29,528 bases of DNA from an uncultured Chthoniobacteraceae bacterium (GCA_964535055.1 CAZHRP010000008.1:1-29528); one strand, 5' to 3'; positions 17,617 through 26,564 are shown, counted from the stretch's first letter. The notes: a model not told the origin generated them from the letters alone. Numbers and translations are program-made.

Positions 17617-19581
17617 TCAGTTAGCAAAAGTTGGCTGCCACGCCTTCACCACAAAGTTCTCTGATGAAGACTTATCCGTTCGGGCAACAAGCTCAAAGAA
17701 TTGAGCATTTTGACTTGGCTCGATCTCAAAGTAAGCCAGGTTGCCAGCGAACAGCTTAGGTAAGACGCTGACTTCTTTATTTCCAATTTGCAGTTTCCCG
17801 ATTACATCAGCGACCGGCAAGCCATCAATAACTACGGCCAGCGAGGTGCTCTCTGCCGGCAGCATGACACCAGGATTATCACCATTAACTATCTCCAACT
17901 CATCTACCACATTGATGAATACCGCCTGCCTTTTTCCACTGCTCACCGGCAGTTCGATCATAGTATTGAATCCGCTTAACTCAGACAGATCGATTTGCTT
18001 GTGTTGACGTTTATAACTGGCATCAAAGCAGGCGATCGCAGTCGCAGAGGGTGGCAGCCCCTCAAATTCGATAATTTCAAACTTATCGTCCAGATGCGCA
18101 TCGATCCTCTTACCATAACCATCACCGTGGACCAGTACAGTGCCACCACCCGGTTGTAATGCCGCTATGATACGGGCTCCATCCCGCCAATTCTCTCGCG
18201 GTACAAAATCGTAATTAATGATGGTTTTGTGTCCAAATGGTAGCAGGAGTGCAGCCAGTACCAGAGCGCAGGGCAAACGTAGCACCAGCATTTGCGGTGG
18301 CCGGAATAACAGCCCTGCTGCCATGGCGAATAGAACAGCAGCAGGGGGCCCGATAAAACTGACTGTCCGAGGCGGTGGCGTCTGCAGGTAGAGACAGAAG
18401 CATAAAAAGAACAAAACCAGTGCGGAGCTGATAGCCAAGGTTGCCCGCATCGATTGCGACGCCCGAGGACCGATGACGCAGGCCAGTAAAAGCACAATGA
18501 TTGCAGCCATAAAATTAGTGCCATTGATCGCAACCAATTCACGCGGCAAGACCAGTGCCATGGTGTAAAAGACGTTCTGGATATCGTGAAATTTGATTCC
18601 GTAATCATCTTCGTAGCTGTCAGCCACCGAGAGTACGCCTTCTAATATCGGCGCATACATCACCAGCATGAGAATCCCGGCGATAGTTCCTGCCGCAAAT
18701 ACACTGCGGCACGGGCGATACATAAACAGTATTAATAAAAGTAGCCCGCCAAACAATACGTAATACGGCAGCGTCCAAACGCCTAATACCGCCGCAATAA
18801 CCAGAATAGCCAGCTTGGCGGCGTGCCCGCCTTCCAGCCAACGCCACATCGCGAGCACTTGAACCAAAGCTGCCAGTGCAATAAATGAGAAACCGCGCGC
18901 CTCAAATAATTGCTCCAGCAATCGGGTGTTAGTTCCTATCAAAAATACCGCCAGGCCACCGCAAAAATACAATTGCTGGCGTGCAAACGCATAAGCGGCA
19001 ACTACCAGACACAAACCAACTGCTATGAATGACCACATCCGCGCCCGTGCCGGATGCAGTGAGTCGCCTCCCGGAGTCAGTGCATTAACAAAACTATAAA
19101 AGACATGGTTCTTGGCCAACGAGTAATTGGTCAACGCTTTCACTGGACCCTTGGCTGTGTAGCCTTCGACTGAGCCAAGTTCGTCGACCCGCAGCGATGC
19201 ATGCGACATCTCCACTGCAACCTGCCCGAAGTGTATCACCCCGTACGCCGCCAGAATAATCGCAATCAGTCCCTCGGGCACCAGCACCAGCATCCGCCAC
19301 CTGCGAGCAACCCGCTCGATCCGGTTAAAGAATGGTTGCCACCAGTCAACAAACCACATTGCCAGCAACTTGACATGCTGAGGCAGTTGAATAACCCCGG
19401 CAATCAAACTGCCGGCGATAATGATCCTGGCCGGCCAACGCAACGCGTTAGGCAACTGGTCGAATGTCAGGTTACCGGCAATCGCTACTGCCACCAACAG
19501 CAACGGGATACCTGCCAGCCAACACAATTTGTGCCAAGCCCGCTGCCAGAACCCAATAGATGCATTTTTGCTCCCGCTCAT
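17617..19581 (-). CDS. Polytopic membrane protein, GT-C (GT39/ArnT/PMT-like) glycosyltransferase candidate
   Basis: About 13 hydrophobic segments, RVDE after an N-terminal TM, NHVFYS and EARGFS motifs typical of GT-C-fold proteins, and a soluble C-terminal region. Confidence 0.6.
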   Translation of the reverse strand: MSGSKNASIGFWQRAWHKLCWLAGIPLLLVAVAIAGNLTFDQLPNALRWPARIIIAGSLIAGVIQLPQHVKLLAMWFVDWWQPFFNRIERVARRWRMLVLVPEGLIAIILAAYGVIHFGQVAVEMSHASLRVDELGSVEGYTAKGPVKALTNYSLAKNHVFYSFVNALTPGGDSLHPARARMWSFIAVGLCLVVAAYAFARQQLYFCGGLAVFLIGTNTRLLEQLFEARGFSFIALAALVQVLAMWRWLEGGHAAKLAILVIAAVLGVWTLPYYVLFGGLLLLILFMYRPCRSVFAAGTIAGILMLVMYAPILEGVLSVADSYEDDYGIKFHDIQNVFYTMALVLPRELVAINGTNFMAAIIVLLLACVIGPRASQSMRATLAISSALVLFFLCFCLYLQTPPPRTVSFIGPPAAVLFAMAAGLLFRPPQMLVLRLPCALVLAALLLPFGHKTIINYDFVPRENWRDGARIIAALQPGGGTVLVHGDGYGKRIDAHLDDKFEIIEFEGLPPSATAIACFDASYKRQHKQIDLSELSGFNTMIELPVSSGKRQAVFINVVDELEIVNGDNPGVMLPAESTSLAVVIDGLPVADVIGKLQIGNKEVSVLPKLFAGNLAYFEIEPSQNAQFFELVARTDKSSSENFVVKAWQPTFAN

Positions 19582-19592
19582 GGAAGAAATTT

Positions 19593-20150
19593 CTATTCAC
19601 CTAGAGTCGCTGCGGCAAGCACCTCATTCTTGAGAATCCCTATGCATGGCAGATTGCGGTAATGCCCACCATAGTCCAAGCCGTAACCAACCACAAACTC
19701 ATCGCCAATTTCAAACGCAATGTAATCCGCCGAGACTTCCTGCTCCCGTAATTTGCGCTTTGCTAATAACACGCACGCCCTGACCGAGGCAGGCTCAGCC
19801 TTGTTGGTCACTGCCTCAATAACCGAAGCTAGTGTCAAACCACTGTCCAAAATATCATCAAGCAACAGCACGTGACGTCCATCCAGTAATTCACGCTCAA
19901 GTTGACCAAGCTGGACAACCCCACTGGAAACCGTCGCATTGCCATAACTCGCCGCCTGCACGCAACTCAACTGCAAAGGCAGTGGAATACGCCTGAGCAA
20001 ATCAGCCATAAAGACCAGGCTACCATGCAGGATGGCCAACACAGTAAGTGGCTTGCCGCGGTAATCATCAGTAATAGTAGCTGCCAATTGATCCAGCCGC
20101 GACAAGATCACATCTTCATCAAACAAAGTGCACTCTAAATCATTCCGCAT
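19593..20150 (-). CDS. hpt: Hypoxanthine phosphoribosyltransferase
   Basis: PRPP-binding VLLLDDILDSGLT, ASYG loop and FVVGYGLDY..YRNLP. Confidence 0.93.
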   Translation of the reverse strand: MRNDLECTLFDEDVILSRLDQLAATITDDYRGKPLTVLAILHGSLVFMADLLRRIPLPLQLSCVQAASYGNATVSSGVVQLGQLERELLDGRHVLLLDDILDSGLTLASVIEAVTNKAEPASVRACVLLAKRKLREQEVSADYIAFEIGDEFVVGYGLDYGGHYRNLPCIGILKNEVLAAATLGE

Positions 20151-20221
20151 GCCAGACTACTACCACAATTTATGCATCTTGCGGAACAGCAATTGCCAAG
20201 GACATTATTAGCTCCTGCAAC

Positions 20222-20848
20222 TCACTGCTTGAGTTTCTGCGATAGCTTCTCGCCAAGAGTGGAATCTGGCTGCAGTTCAATAGCCTCAGCCCATAATTGC
20301 CTGGCCGCAGCACGGCGCTTCTGGTCAGCCAGTGCCAGGCCACCAAAATAGTAGATACCCTGAATTTCGATCAAATCCAGGTCATGCTGCATGCCATCGA
20401 TCGACTCGGCCAACTTGATCAGCTCGCTACGGGCCAGCTCCCGTTTGCCAAAAATAGCAGGTAATTTATAATAATTCACGGCTCGAACCAGGCGCACCCT
20501 GATATTATCCGGTGCGGCTGCCACCGCTTCATCCATCAACCGGCCACCTTCGTTCAGCAAGTTCAACTTCTTCGGACCGGGAAAAACATCCCGGCTCCGC
20601 AACGTATAGGCACTGCCCAGATAAACCTTTGCCAGATAATTTTCCGGCTCATTTGCCAGTAATTCTTGCAACTGTGTTATGCAATCAATGACCGCCTGCT
20701 TATCGCCGTTGACACCACGGTCATGCAGTATTCGGGCCGACTCAATAGTGCCAAAAAAGCTATTATTGGCCAATCCTTCAGTCGTTGAGAAGCCCAGCAC
20801 CAGGAGCATAATCATTATTAGTGCAGTTGGTTGAGTCGGTAAGAGCAT
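20222..20848 (-). CDS. Secreted TPR-like helical protein
   Basis: Signal-like N-terminus and TPR-type helices (LANEPENYLAKVYLGSAY, AVAAAPDNIRVRLVRA, WAEAIELQPD). Confidence 0.7.
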   Translation of the reverse strand: MLLPTQPTALIMIMLLVLGFSTTEGLANNSFFGTIESARILHDRGVNGDKQAVIDCITQLQELLANEPENYLAKVYLGSAYTLRSRDVFPGPKKLNLLNEGGRLMDEAVAAAPDNIRVRLVRAVNYYKLPAIFGKRELARSELIKLAESIDGMQHDLDLIEIQGIYYFGGLALADQKRRAAARQLWAEAIELQPDSTLGEKLSQKLKQ

Positions 20849-20878
20849 CTGCAGACATTAGCAGATACTCACCTCTAC

Positions 20879-22174
20879 TCAACCTTGTTCGTGGCCATTG
20901 ACACCATTGCGAAACTCAGCCAGCTGTGCAGCAAGTTTCACCGGCGCTACTGCAGTCACATGAATAGCATCGTCCTGATAGCTCTGTTCGACAACCCGAC
21001 CGTCTCGGTGCAACCGCGCAAGCACATCATGACGGCTATGCGGGATGACCAGTTCCATCTGATCAACACGATCGGCCACTCTTGCCGTCATTGCTTCGAC
21101 TAACTGGTTTAGCCCGGCACCATCATGAACCGAAACAAATACTGCGGTAGGAAATTGCCGCCGCAAGACGGCTATAGTTGACCGGTCGCACACTGCATCC
21201 ATCTTATTAAAAACAGTCAGAATATTGGAACGCTCTGCCTCCAGTTCATCGAGCACTTTTAACGTAGTATCATGTAACTCGATCGCATCCGGGTGGGAGG
21301 CATCTACTACATGAATCAGAAAATCAGCCAGCGTAGCTTCTTCCAGGGTGGCCTTAAAGGCATCTACCAGATCATGCGGCAGGTTGCGCACAAATCCGAC
21401 AGTATCGGTCAGCAACAACTTCTGTCCGCTCGGCAGTATAATTTTCCGGGTGGTCGTATCGAGCGTCGCAAACAGCTTATCTTCAACCAGGACGTCAGCG
21501 TCAGTCATCTTCCGTAGCAATGATGACTTGCCGGCATTAGTGTAACCGACAATCGCTGCGCGCGGGATCGGGATGCGCTCGCGCCGTTTGCGCTGCGTGG
21601 CACGGTTGGCACGCACATGCGCAATCTCAGATTTCAATTTATCAATCCGCTTGCGCACCAACCTGCGATCAGTCTCGATCTGTCGCTCACCTTCACCACG
21701 CGCACCGATACCTCCGGCCTGCCGGTCAAGGTGGGTCCACGCCCGTTTCAAGCGTGGCAGCGAGTACTCCATGCGCGCCAGATCCACCTGCAGCCGCGCC
21801 TCCCTGGTGTGAGCCCGCTGCGCAAAAATATCAATGATCACTTCCTGCCGATCAATGACGCAAATCTTCGAGAATTCTTCCCAGTTTCGCTGCTGGGCCG
21901 GAGTCAACGCATTATCAAAGATCAGGACATCGATCGCTTGCACCTCGATTAACTCCATGATCTCTTCCGCCTTGCCGGATCCCACCACCAATCGAGGTTG
22001 TATCCGTGGCACCTTTACCACCAGCTTATCAATGACCGGCACACCAAGAGTCCCAACCAGCGATTCCAACTCGGCCAGCAGACTCTCGCTTTCCTCGACA
22101 GACTCAGACTGCTCGTAAACCGCAACCAACAGCGCCCGCTCCACCATCTTCGGCTTTTTTTTGATGTCGATCAT
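20879..22174 (-). CDS. hflX: Ribosome-splitting GTPase HflX
   Basis: IFAQRAHTREARLQV, GYTNAGKS, LFATLDTT, DTVGF and NKMD. Confidence 0.96.
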   Translation of the reverse strand: MIDIKKKPKMVERALLVAVYEQSESVEESESLLAELESLVGTLGVPVIDKLVVKVPRIQPRLVVGSGKAEEIMELIEVQAIDVLIFDNALTPAQQRNWEEFSKICVIDRQEVIIDIFAQRAHTREARLQVDLARMEYSLPRLKRAWTHLDRQAGGIGARGEGERQIETDRRLVRKRIDKLKSEIAHVRANRATQRKRRERIPIPRAAIVGYTNAGKSSLLRKMTDADVLVEDKLFATLDTTTRKIILPSGQKLLLTDTVGFVRNLPHDLVDAFKATLEEATLADFLIHVVDASHPDAIELHDTTLKVLDELEAERSNILTVFNKMDAVCDRSTIAVLRRQFPTAVFVSVHDGAGLNQLVEAMTARVADRVDQMELVIPHSRHDVLARLHRDGRVVEQSYQDDAIHVTAVAPVKLAAQLAEFRNGVNGHEQG

Positions 22175-22223
22175 CGTCTTAGTTTCTGCTCAATACTTCC
22201 TGCAATAGTCTGGATAGATAACA

Positions 22224-23513
22224 TTACAGATTCCTCACCACTTCCGCCATCCGGGTAGCAGCTTCAGGCAGCCGTGTAATATCGTGTGAGTGGTTGATCC
22301 GTAAGCACTGGTCAGGGTGCAACCATGGCTCCGGCAGGCTATGCGAAAAATAACATCCCGGCACGACCAGCACCCCAGCTTGCTTTAACTTATGGTACAG
22401 TTCGCGTGAGGTTACTGGCAAATCCTCGATCCACAGCCACAGGAACAACGCACCATCCGCCTCATGTATGTGTAATGGCAAGTCACGAAAAGCATCACGG
22501 AATATTTGTAAAGCCCGATCACGACGTTCCCGGTAAAACGGCCGCACATATTCACGACACAACTCAAGAATATGTCCATTGCGAAACAATTCTAGTGTCA
22601 AAGCCTGCCCGACATTGCCATTGGCCAACCCGACTACTGAAGTCATACGCGAGATCAGCTTTATGATGTCTGGCGGCGCAATCACAATGCCAGTGCGAGT
22701 CCCCGGCAGCCCGAGTTTTGATAAGCTGTAGGTCAGCACCACTCCTTCATCCCAAAACGGATTGGCATCATCACGAAACACAATATTCGGAAATGGGGTG
22801 CCGTAAGCATTATCAATCATCAACAGGCTGCCGTTAGCGCGAGCCAGTTGATACAATTTCTGTACTTCACGGTCACTCATGACATTGGCGGTCGGATTGG
22901 TCGGCCGTGAGATACAATAAGCAGCAATCTCAGGACCCGCCGGCAGAGCATCAAAATCCACATGGTACTTGAATAGCATTTGCTCGCGTTTTTCAATCCG
23001 GGCCGGACAAGCCGTCAACATACCCGGATAAAACCCCTGCTCAGCATAACCGATGTATTCCGGCATCAGGGGAAAGACAATGCGCCGTAGCTGCCCGTTA
23101 GCAGCCGGCCCACCGAGCAGGTTGAATAAATAAAAAAATGCTGACTGCCCCCCATTGGTAATAGCTACATTTTCGCTGCTGATTTCCCAACCAAATCGAG
23201 CATTGAACAACTCGGCAATTACCCGTAAAAACTCTGGATTACCCTGTTGCGGGTCATAAACCCCCAGCATTCGGTCGACACGCTCCGGTTGATTTTCAAG
23301 TAGCTTCGCCAATGACTCACGCCAGACCTGTTGGAGTTGCGGGATAGCGGCCGGCTGACCGCCGCCCAACATCAATGTCTCACCCGCATGATCACCACCG
23401 AGAGCATCGGCCAGATCCTGCATCAACTCATCGATGCCGGAACCCTGCCAAATGCGGTCGCCTAAGACAGAGTAGGTCGGCGGCCCGGCTACAGCGGCAC
23501 CCGCTGGCTTCAT
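22224..23513 (-). CDS. avtA: Valine--pyruvate transaminase (PLP fold type I)
   Basis: SGIDELMQDL, MLGGGQPA, TNGGQSAFFYLFNLLGG, PEYIGY, SRPTNPT, IDNAYG and the Schiff-base Lys motif SLSKLGLPGTRTG. Confidence 0.88.
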   Translation of the reverse strand: MKPAGAAVAGPPTYSVLGDRIWQGSGIDELMQDLADALGGDHAGETLMLGGGQPAAIPQLQQVWRESLAKLLENQPERVDRMLGVYDPQQGNPEFLRVIAELFNARFGWEISSENVAITNGGQSAFFYLFNLLGGPAANGQLRRIVFPLMPEYIGYAEQGFYPGMLTACPARIEKREQMLFKYHVDFDALPAGPEIAAYCISRPTNPTANVMSDREVQKLYQLARANGSLLMIDNAYGTPFPNIVFRDDANPFWDEGVVLTYSLSKLGLPGTRTGIVIAPPDIIKLISRMTSVVGLANGNVGQALTLELFRNGHILELCREYVRPFYRERRDRALQIFRDAFRDLPLHIHEADGALFLWLWIEDLPVTSRELYHKLKQAGVLVVPGCYFSHSLPEPWLHPDQCLRINHSHDITRLPEAATRMAEVVRNL

Positions 23514-24292
23514 TGTTCGACGCTTTCTCCGGTAACCCGCACGGTGTAATTATAGTCGCCTTTGCGGTACTGGCGTTCGGCAGTTTCTTTTTTCTCTTCT
23601 GTTTTTTGCTGAGGGACTGCTTGAGGAGCCTGCTCCGGCTCTTGAGTTTGGTTCGCGTTTAAACCTGCTCCCGCCTCAGCCAACATCTGTTGCGGAATTG
23701 CTGCTGGCTGCCGCACCGGTTCCGCCGAAAGCACCGGCAACCCTCGACCTGCGGTGCTGCCTCTGCTCGACGACAACCATCCTGCACCGCCAGCTGATTG
23801 AGGCTGCATTGGCAATGCTTGCGGCACTACGTTTTGCTGGTTCATCTGCTGCTGATTCATTGGTTGCTGCTGCTGGTATTGCTGCTGTTGCAAGTGCTGT
23901 TGCTGCTGCATCCTGCGCGAGGCTGCACGCGCCGACAGGACTTCGTTTAACACGTCGATACTACTGGTGACTTGCCGCGGACTGATCTCTACTTCGTAGC
24001 CGTCTACAAAAAATAATCCTTCGGATATATAGCGCACCATCGTCCCGGCCGGATACCCAACTACCCCCTCGTCCGTGGTAACGGAAATTCTGTCGAGTGT
24101 ATACCACACCATCGGTGGCTCCGGCGTGGCTGCCGGAACTGGAGTAGGCGTCGGCGTGGTTACCACAATTTGCTCAAGCTCCCGCTCCGGTGGTTGTGGC
24201 GGACGGCACGCAGACAAGCCAAGCAGCATCAGTATGACAGCCGGCAAAACCGGCCCTGCACACTTACTGGTGATCTCTTTGTTACTGAACAT
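23510..24292 (-). CDS. Putative lipoprotein with Pro/Thr- and Gln-rich low-complexity regions
   Basis: Lipobox LSA-C, TTPTPTP linker, small beta domain (WYTLDRISVTTDEGVVG) and a poly-Q tract; ATGA overlap with avtA. Confidence 0.7.
   Translation of the reverse strand: MFSNKEITSKCAGPVLPAVILMLLGLSACRPPQPPERELEQIVVTTPTPTPVPAATPEPPMVWYTLDRISVTTDEGVVGYPAGTMVRYISEGLFFVDGYEVEISPRQVTSSIDVLNEVLSARAASRRMQQQQHLQQQQYQQQQPMNQQQMNQQNVVPQALPMQPQSAGGAGWLSSSRGSTAGRGLPVLSAEPVRQPAAIPQQMLAEAGAGLNANQTQEPEQAPQAVPQQKTEEKKETAERQYRKGDYNYTVRVTGESVEQ
23834..23909 (-). repeat. Imperfect CAG/CAA trinucleotide tract encoding a Gln-rich segment
   Basis: Encodes MQQQQHLQQQQYQQQQPMNQQQMNQQ. Confidence 0.8.
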
Positions 24293-24349
24293 GCCACAAT
24301 TTAGCTGAAGCAGGCTTAGTCTTCAACCTCTGCGATATTCTAACTGGTG

Positions 24350-24655
24350 CTAGGAACGTGCGGAAAAGATCCTGGTTTGCCGCGCCTGCTCTTTGAGTGC
24401 TTCCAACTGCTTTAGCATTTCTGCCTGACGCTCCAAAATCTTCTTATTCGTTGCCAAGACCTCTTCCAAGGTCGCAGCAGATGCCTGGGCCGGAGCCGTA
24501 ACACCACCAGCAGTTACTTCCGTAACCTGCTCGGAGGCCGTGACCCCATCAGCTGTGACCTCGGTAACCTGCGCAACCGCAGTACCGACAAAAATTAAAG
24601 CCACCAGAATTAACCCGGTAAACAGGCGCCTGTCAGCTACTCTTAAGATACTCAT
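24350..24655 (-). CDS. Small secreted coiled-coil protein with an internal 14-aa duplication
   Basis: Signal peptide ending AVA-Q, QVTEVTA.GVTA twice, heptad region and C-terminal RIFSARS; ATGA overlap with the upstream gene. Confidence 0.72.
   Translation of the reverse strand: MSILRVADRRLFTGLILVALIFVGTAVAQVTEVTADGVTASEQVTEVTAGGVTAPAQASAATLEEVLATNKKILERQAEMLKQLEALKEQARQTRIFSARS
24488..24571 (-). repeat. 42-bp tandem duplication (2 copies) within the CDS
   Basis: QVTEVTADGVTASE and QVTEVTAGGVTAPA; the copies differ mainly at third codon positions. Confidence 0.8.
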
Positions 24656-24909
24656 CGACCTGCCCCCCCGCCCCCGCGACGTGAATAGATCCGCGCCTGA
24701 TTTAAATCAGCTTCTATTGCTTTCATGGCTTCTTCCATCTTCGCCATATTATCTGTGATCTGCTTCTGCTGCGCCGCAATCTGCTTAATCAAAGCCTGCT
24801 CTTTGGCAGTCAATGAATCCTGAGCCGAAACAGATACCAAACCACCTGCTAAGCATATACCCGCCAGAAACACCACCGTTAGCCAATCTCTCAATCGCTT
24901 CACTCTCAT
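24652..24909 (-). CDS. Small secreted coiled-coil protein
   Basis: Signal peptide ending VSA-Q, heptad pattern and C-terminal RIYSRRGGGG. Confidence 0.72.
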   Translation of the reverse strand: MRVKRLRDWLTVVFLAGICLAGGLVSVSAQDSLTAKEQALIKQIAAQQKQITDNMAKMEEAMKAIEADLNQARIYSRRGGGGAGR

Positions 24910-25042
24910 TATTTTATTATCGCAATTGATTTAACAAATGACAAGCCACCAACTCGCTGCGGTAGATTCCTTCACTAAACAACATAAACAGCAAGAATCA
25001 TTCCTTATTGCTATTTTTCTTAATTAGCTATTACAGTTAATC

Positions 25043-26443
25043 ATGTCAGCTGGCATGCAACAGACTCAAAGCTTATCCCTGCAACAAACCCTGGCACCGC
25101 AGTTGCAGCAAAGTCTGGCTATCCTGCAAGCTCCGGTCCTCGAGCTGCGTACCATGGTTCAGCAGGAACTGGAAAGCAACCCGGTACTGGAAGAAGAGCC
25201 GCCCACAGTAGAAAAAGATCAGTCAGCCGAGGATGAAGCTTTTGATAAGGAGTTCGAGGAGTTGCGCAAACTGGATGACGAATGGCGCGAATATATGGCC
25301 CAGACAAGTGCCTACACTTCCCGTTCTGATGAGGATGAAGAGCGCCGGCAGCACTTCTTTGAATCACAGGTCGGCCATGAGACGCTGCAGCAGCATCTGT
25401 TGGCACAGTTGGGCTCCACCGATTTATCCAGCAATGATCACAAACTAGCAGAGTTAATTATCGGTAATATTGACGACAACGGCTTTTTAACTTCGAGCCC
25501 TGAGGAAATGGCACACAGTACCGGTATTTATGAACGCGATATCATCCGCGTCTTGAGCATCATCCAATCATTTCATCCGGTTGGCGTCGGCGCGCAGGAT
25601 CTCAGTGAGTGTCTCATGATTCAGTTGCGACGGCTTGGCAAACAGGGATCGCTTGAATGGCGAATTGTTGAAAATCACCTGCCTTTACTGGCCAGGCATC
25701 GTTTCCCGGAAATTGCGCGCAAGCTGAATTCCACAGTTAATAACGTTCAGCGAGCCGCTCAGTTTATTGCCACCCTCAGTCCCAAACCTGGCCAGATCTT
25801 TAGTGCCGACCCGCACAATTATGTTCTCCCCGACGTTAGTATCGAGAAAATCGAGGGGGAATATACCATCATCCTCAACGGCGAGCAGATCCCGCACTTA
25901 CGCATCAGTAACATGTATAAGGATCTAATGGCGAGTGCGGGTAAAGGCGACGGTTCACGCGAGTACGTGCGCGATAAAATCCGCAGTGGTAAGTTCCTAA
26001 TCAAGAGTATCCACCAGCGCCAACAGACAATCTGGAACATTACCAAGCAAATCCTCGATCGCCAACTCGAGTTCTTCGAATACGGTCCGTCCCATTTGCG
26101 ACCGATGACAATGTCACAAGTCGCAGAGACGGTCGGGGTCCACGAAACCACTGTCAGCCGGGCTATTTCTGGCAAGTACGTCTCCACTCCACAGGGCGTC
26201 TTTGAAATGAAGTACTTTTTCACCCCCGGCTACCAGCGGGAAGACGGCTCACAGGTTAGTAATACCAGCGTCAAGGAGGCACTCGCCGAACTGGTTCGCA
26301 ATGAAGATCCCACCGCCCCGCGCAGCGACAAGGAAATCGTTGACATCATGAAAGAACGCGGCATCCCGATTGCTCGCCGCACCGTCGCAAAGTATCGTAC
26401 CGAACTCGGTATCCTCCCAAGCAACATGCGCCGTATGTACTGA
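25043..26443 (+). CDS. rpoN: RNA polymerase sigma-54 factor
   Basis: Region I (QLQQSLAILQ), HETTVSRA HTH and the RpoN box ARRTVAKYRTEL. Confidence 0.97.
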   Translation: MSAGMQQTQSLSLQQTLAPQLQQSLAILQAPVLELRTMVQQELESNPVLEEEPPTVEKDQSAEDEAFDKEFEELRKLDDEWREYMAQTSAYTSRSDEDEERRQHFFESQVGHETLQQHLLAQLGSTDLSSNDHKLAELIIGNIDDNGFLTSSPEEMAHSTGIYERDIIRVLSIIQSFHPVGVGAQDLSECLMIQLRRLGKQGSLEWRIVENHLPLLARHRFPEIARKLNSTVNNVQRAAQFIATLSPKPGQIFSADPHNYVLPDVSIEKIEGEYTIILNGEQIPHLRISNMYKDLMASAGKGDGSREYVRDKIRSGKFLIKSIHQRQQTIWNITKQILDRQLEFFEYGPSHLRPMTMSQVAETVGVHETTVSRAISGKYVSTPQGVFEMKYFFTPGYQREDGSQVSNTSVKEALAELVRNEDPTAPRSDKEIVDIMKERGIPIARRTVAKYRTELGILPSNMRRMY

Positions 26444-26445
26444 CC

Positions 26446-26480
26446 CACTCCTAATCGTAATCCTAATCGCAATCGCAAAT
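26446..26480. repeat. Short tandem hexamer repeat (YAATCS)n
   Basis: CACTCC TAATCG TAATCC TAATCG CAATCG CAAAT immediately after the rpoN stop. Confidence 0.7.
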
Positions 26481-26564
26481 GTGACCGTATTCCCCCTAAC
26501 CCCATTCCAACTTCCAACCCCCATTTGCCTATCCGGGTTAGGGCACCGCGTCCACACCAGCCGC

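Noticed and set aside
24280-24291. TGTTACTGAACA as a Verrucomicrobia-type LexA box (TGTTC-N4-GAACA)
   Set aside because: Wrong spacing and a half-site mismatch, and it lies at the start of a CDS.
26494-26543. Telomere-like TTAGGG motif as a telomeric or mobile-element end
   Set aside because: Only one unit per strand, with no array, transposase or target duplication; kept only as part of a possible secondary structure.
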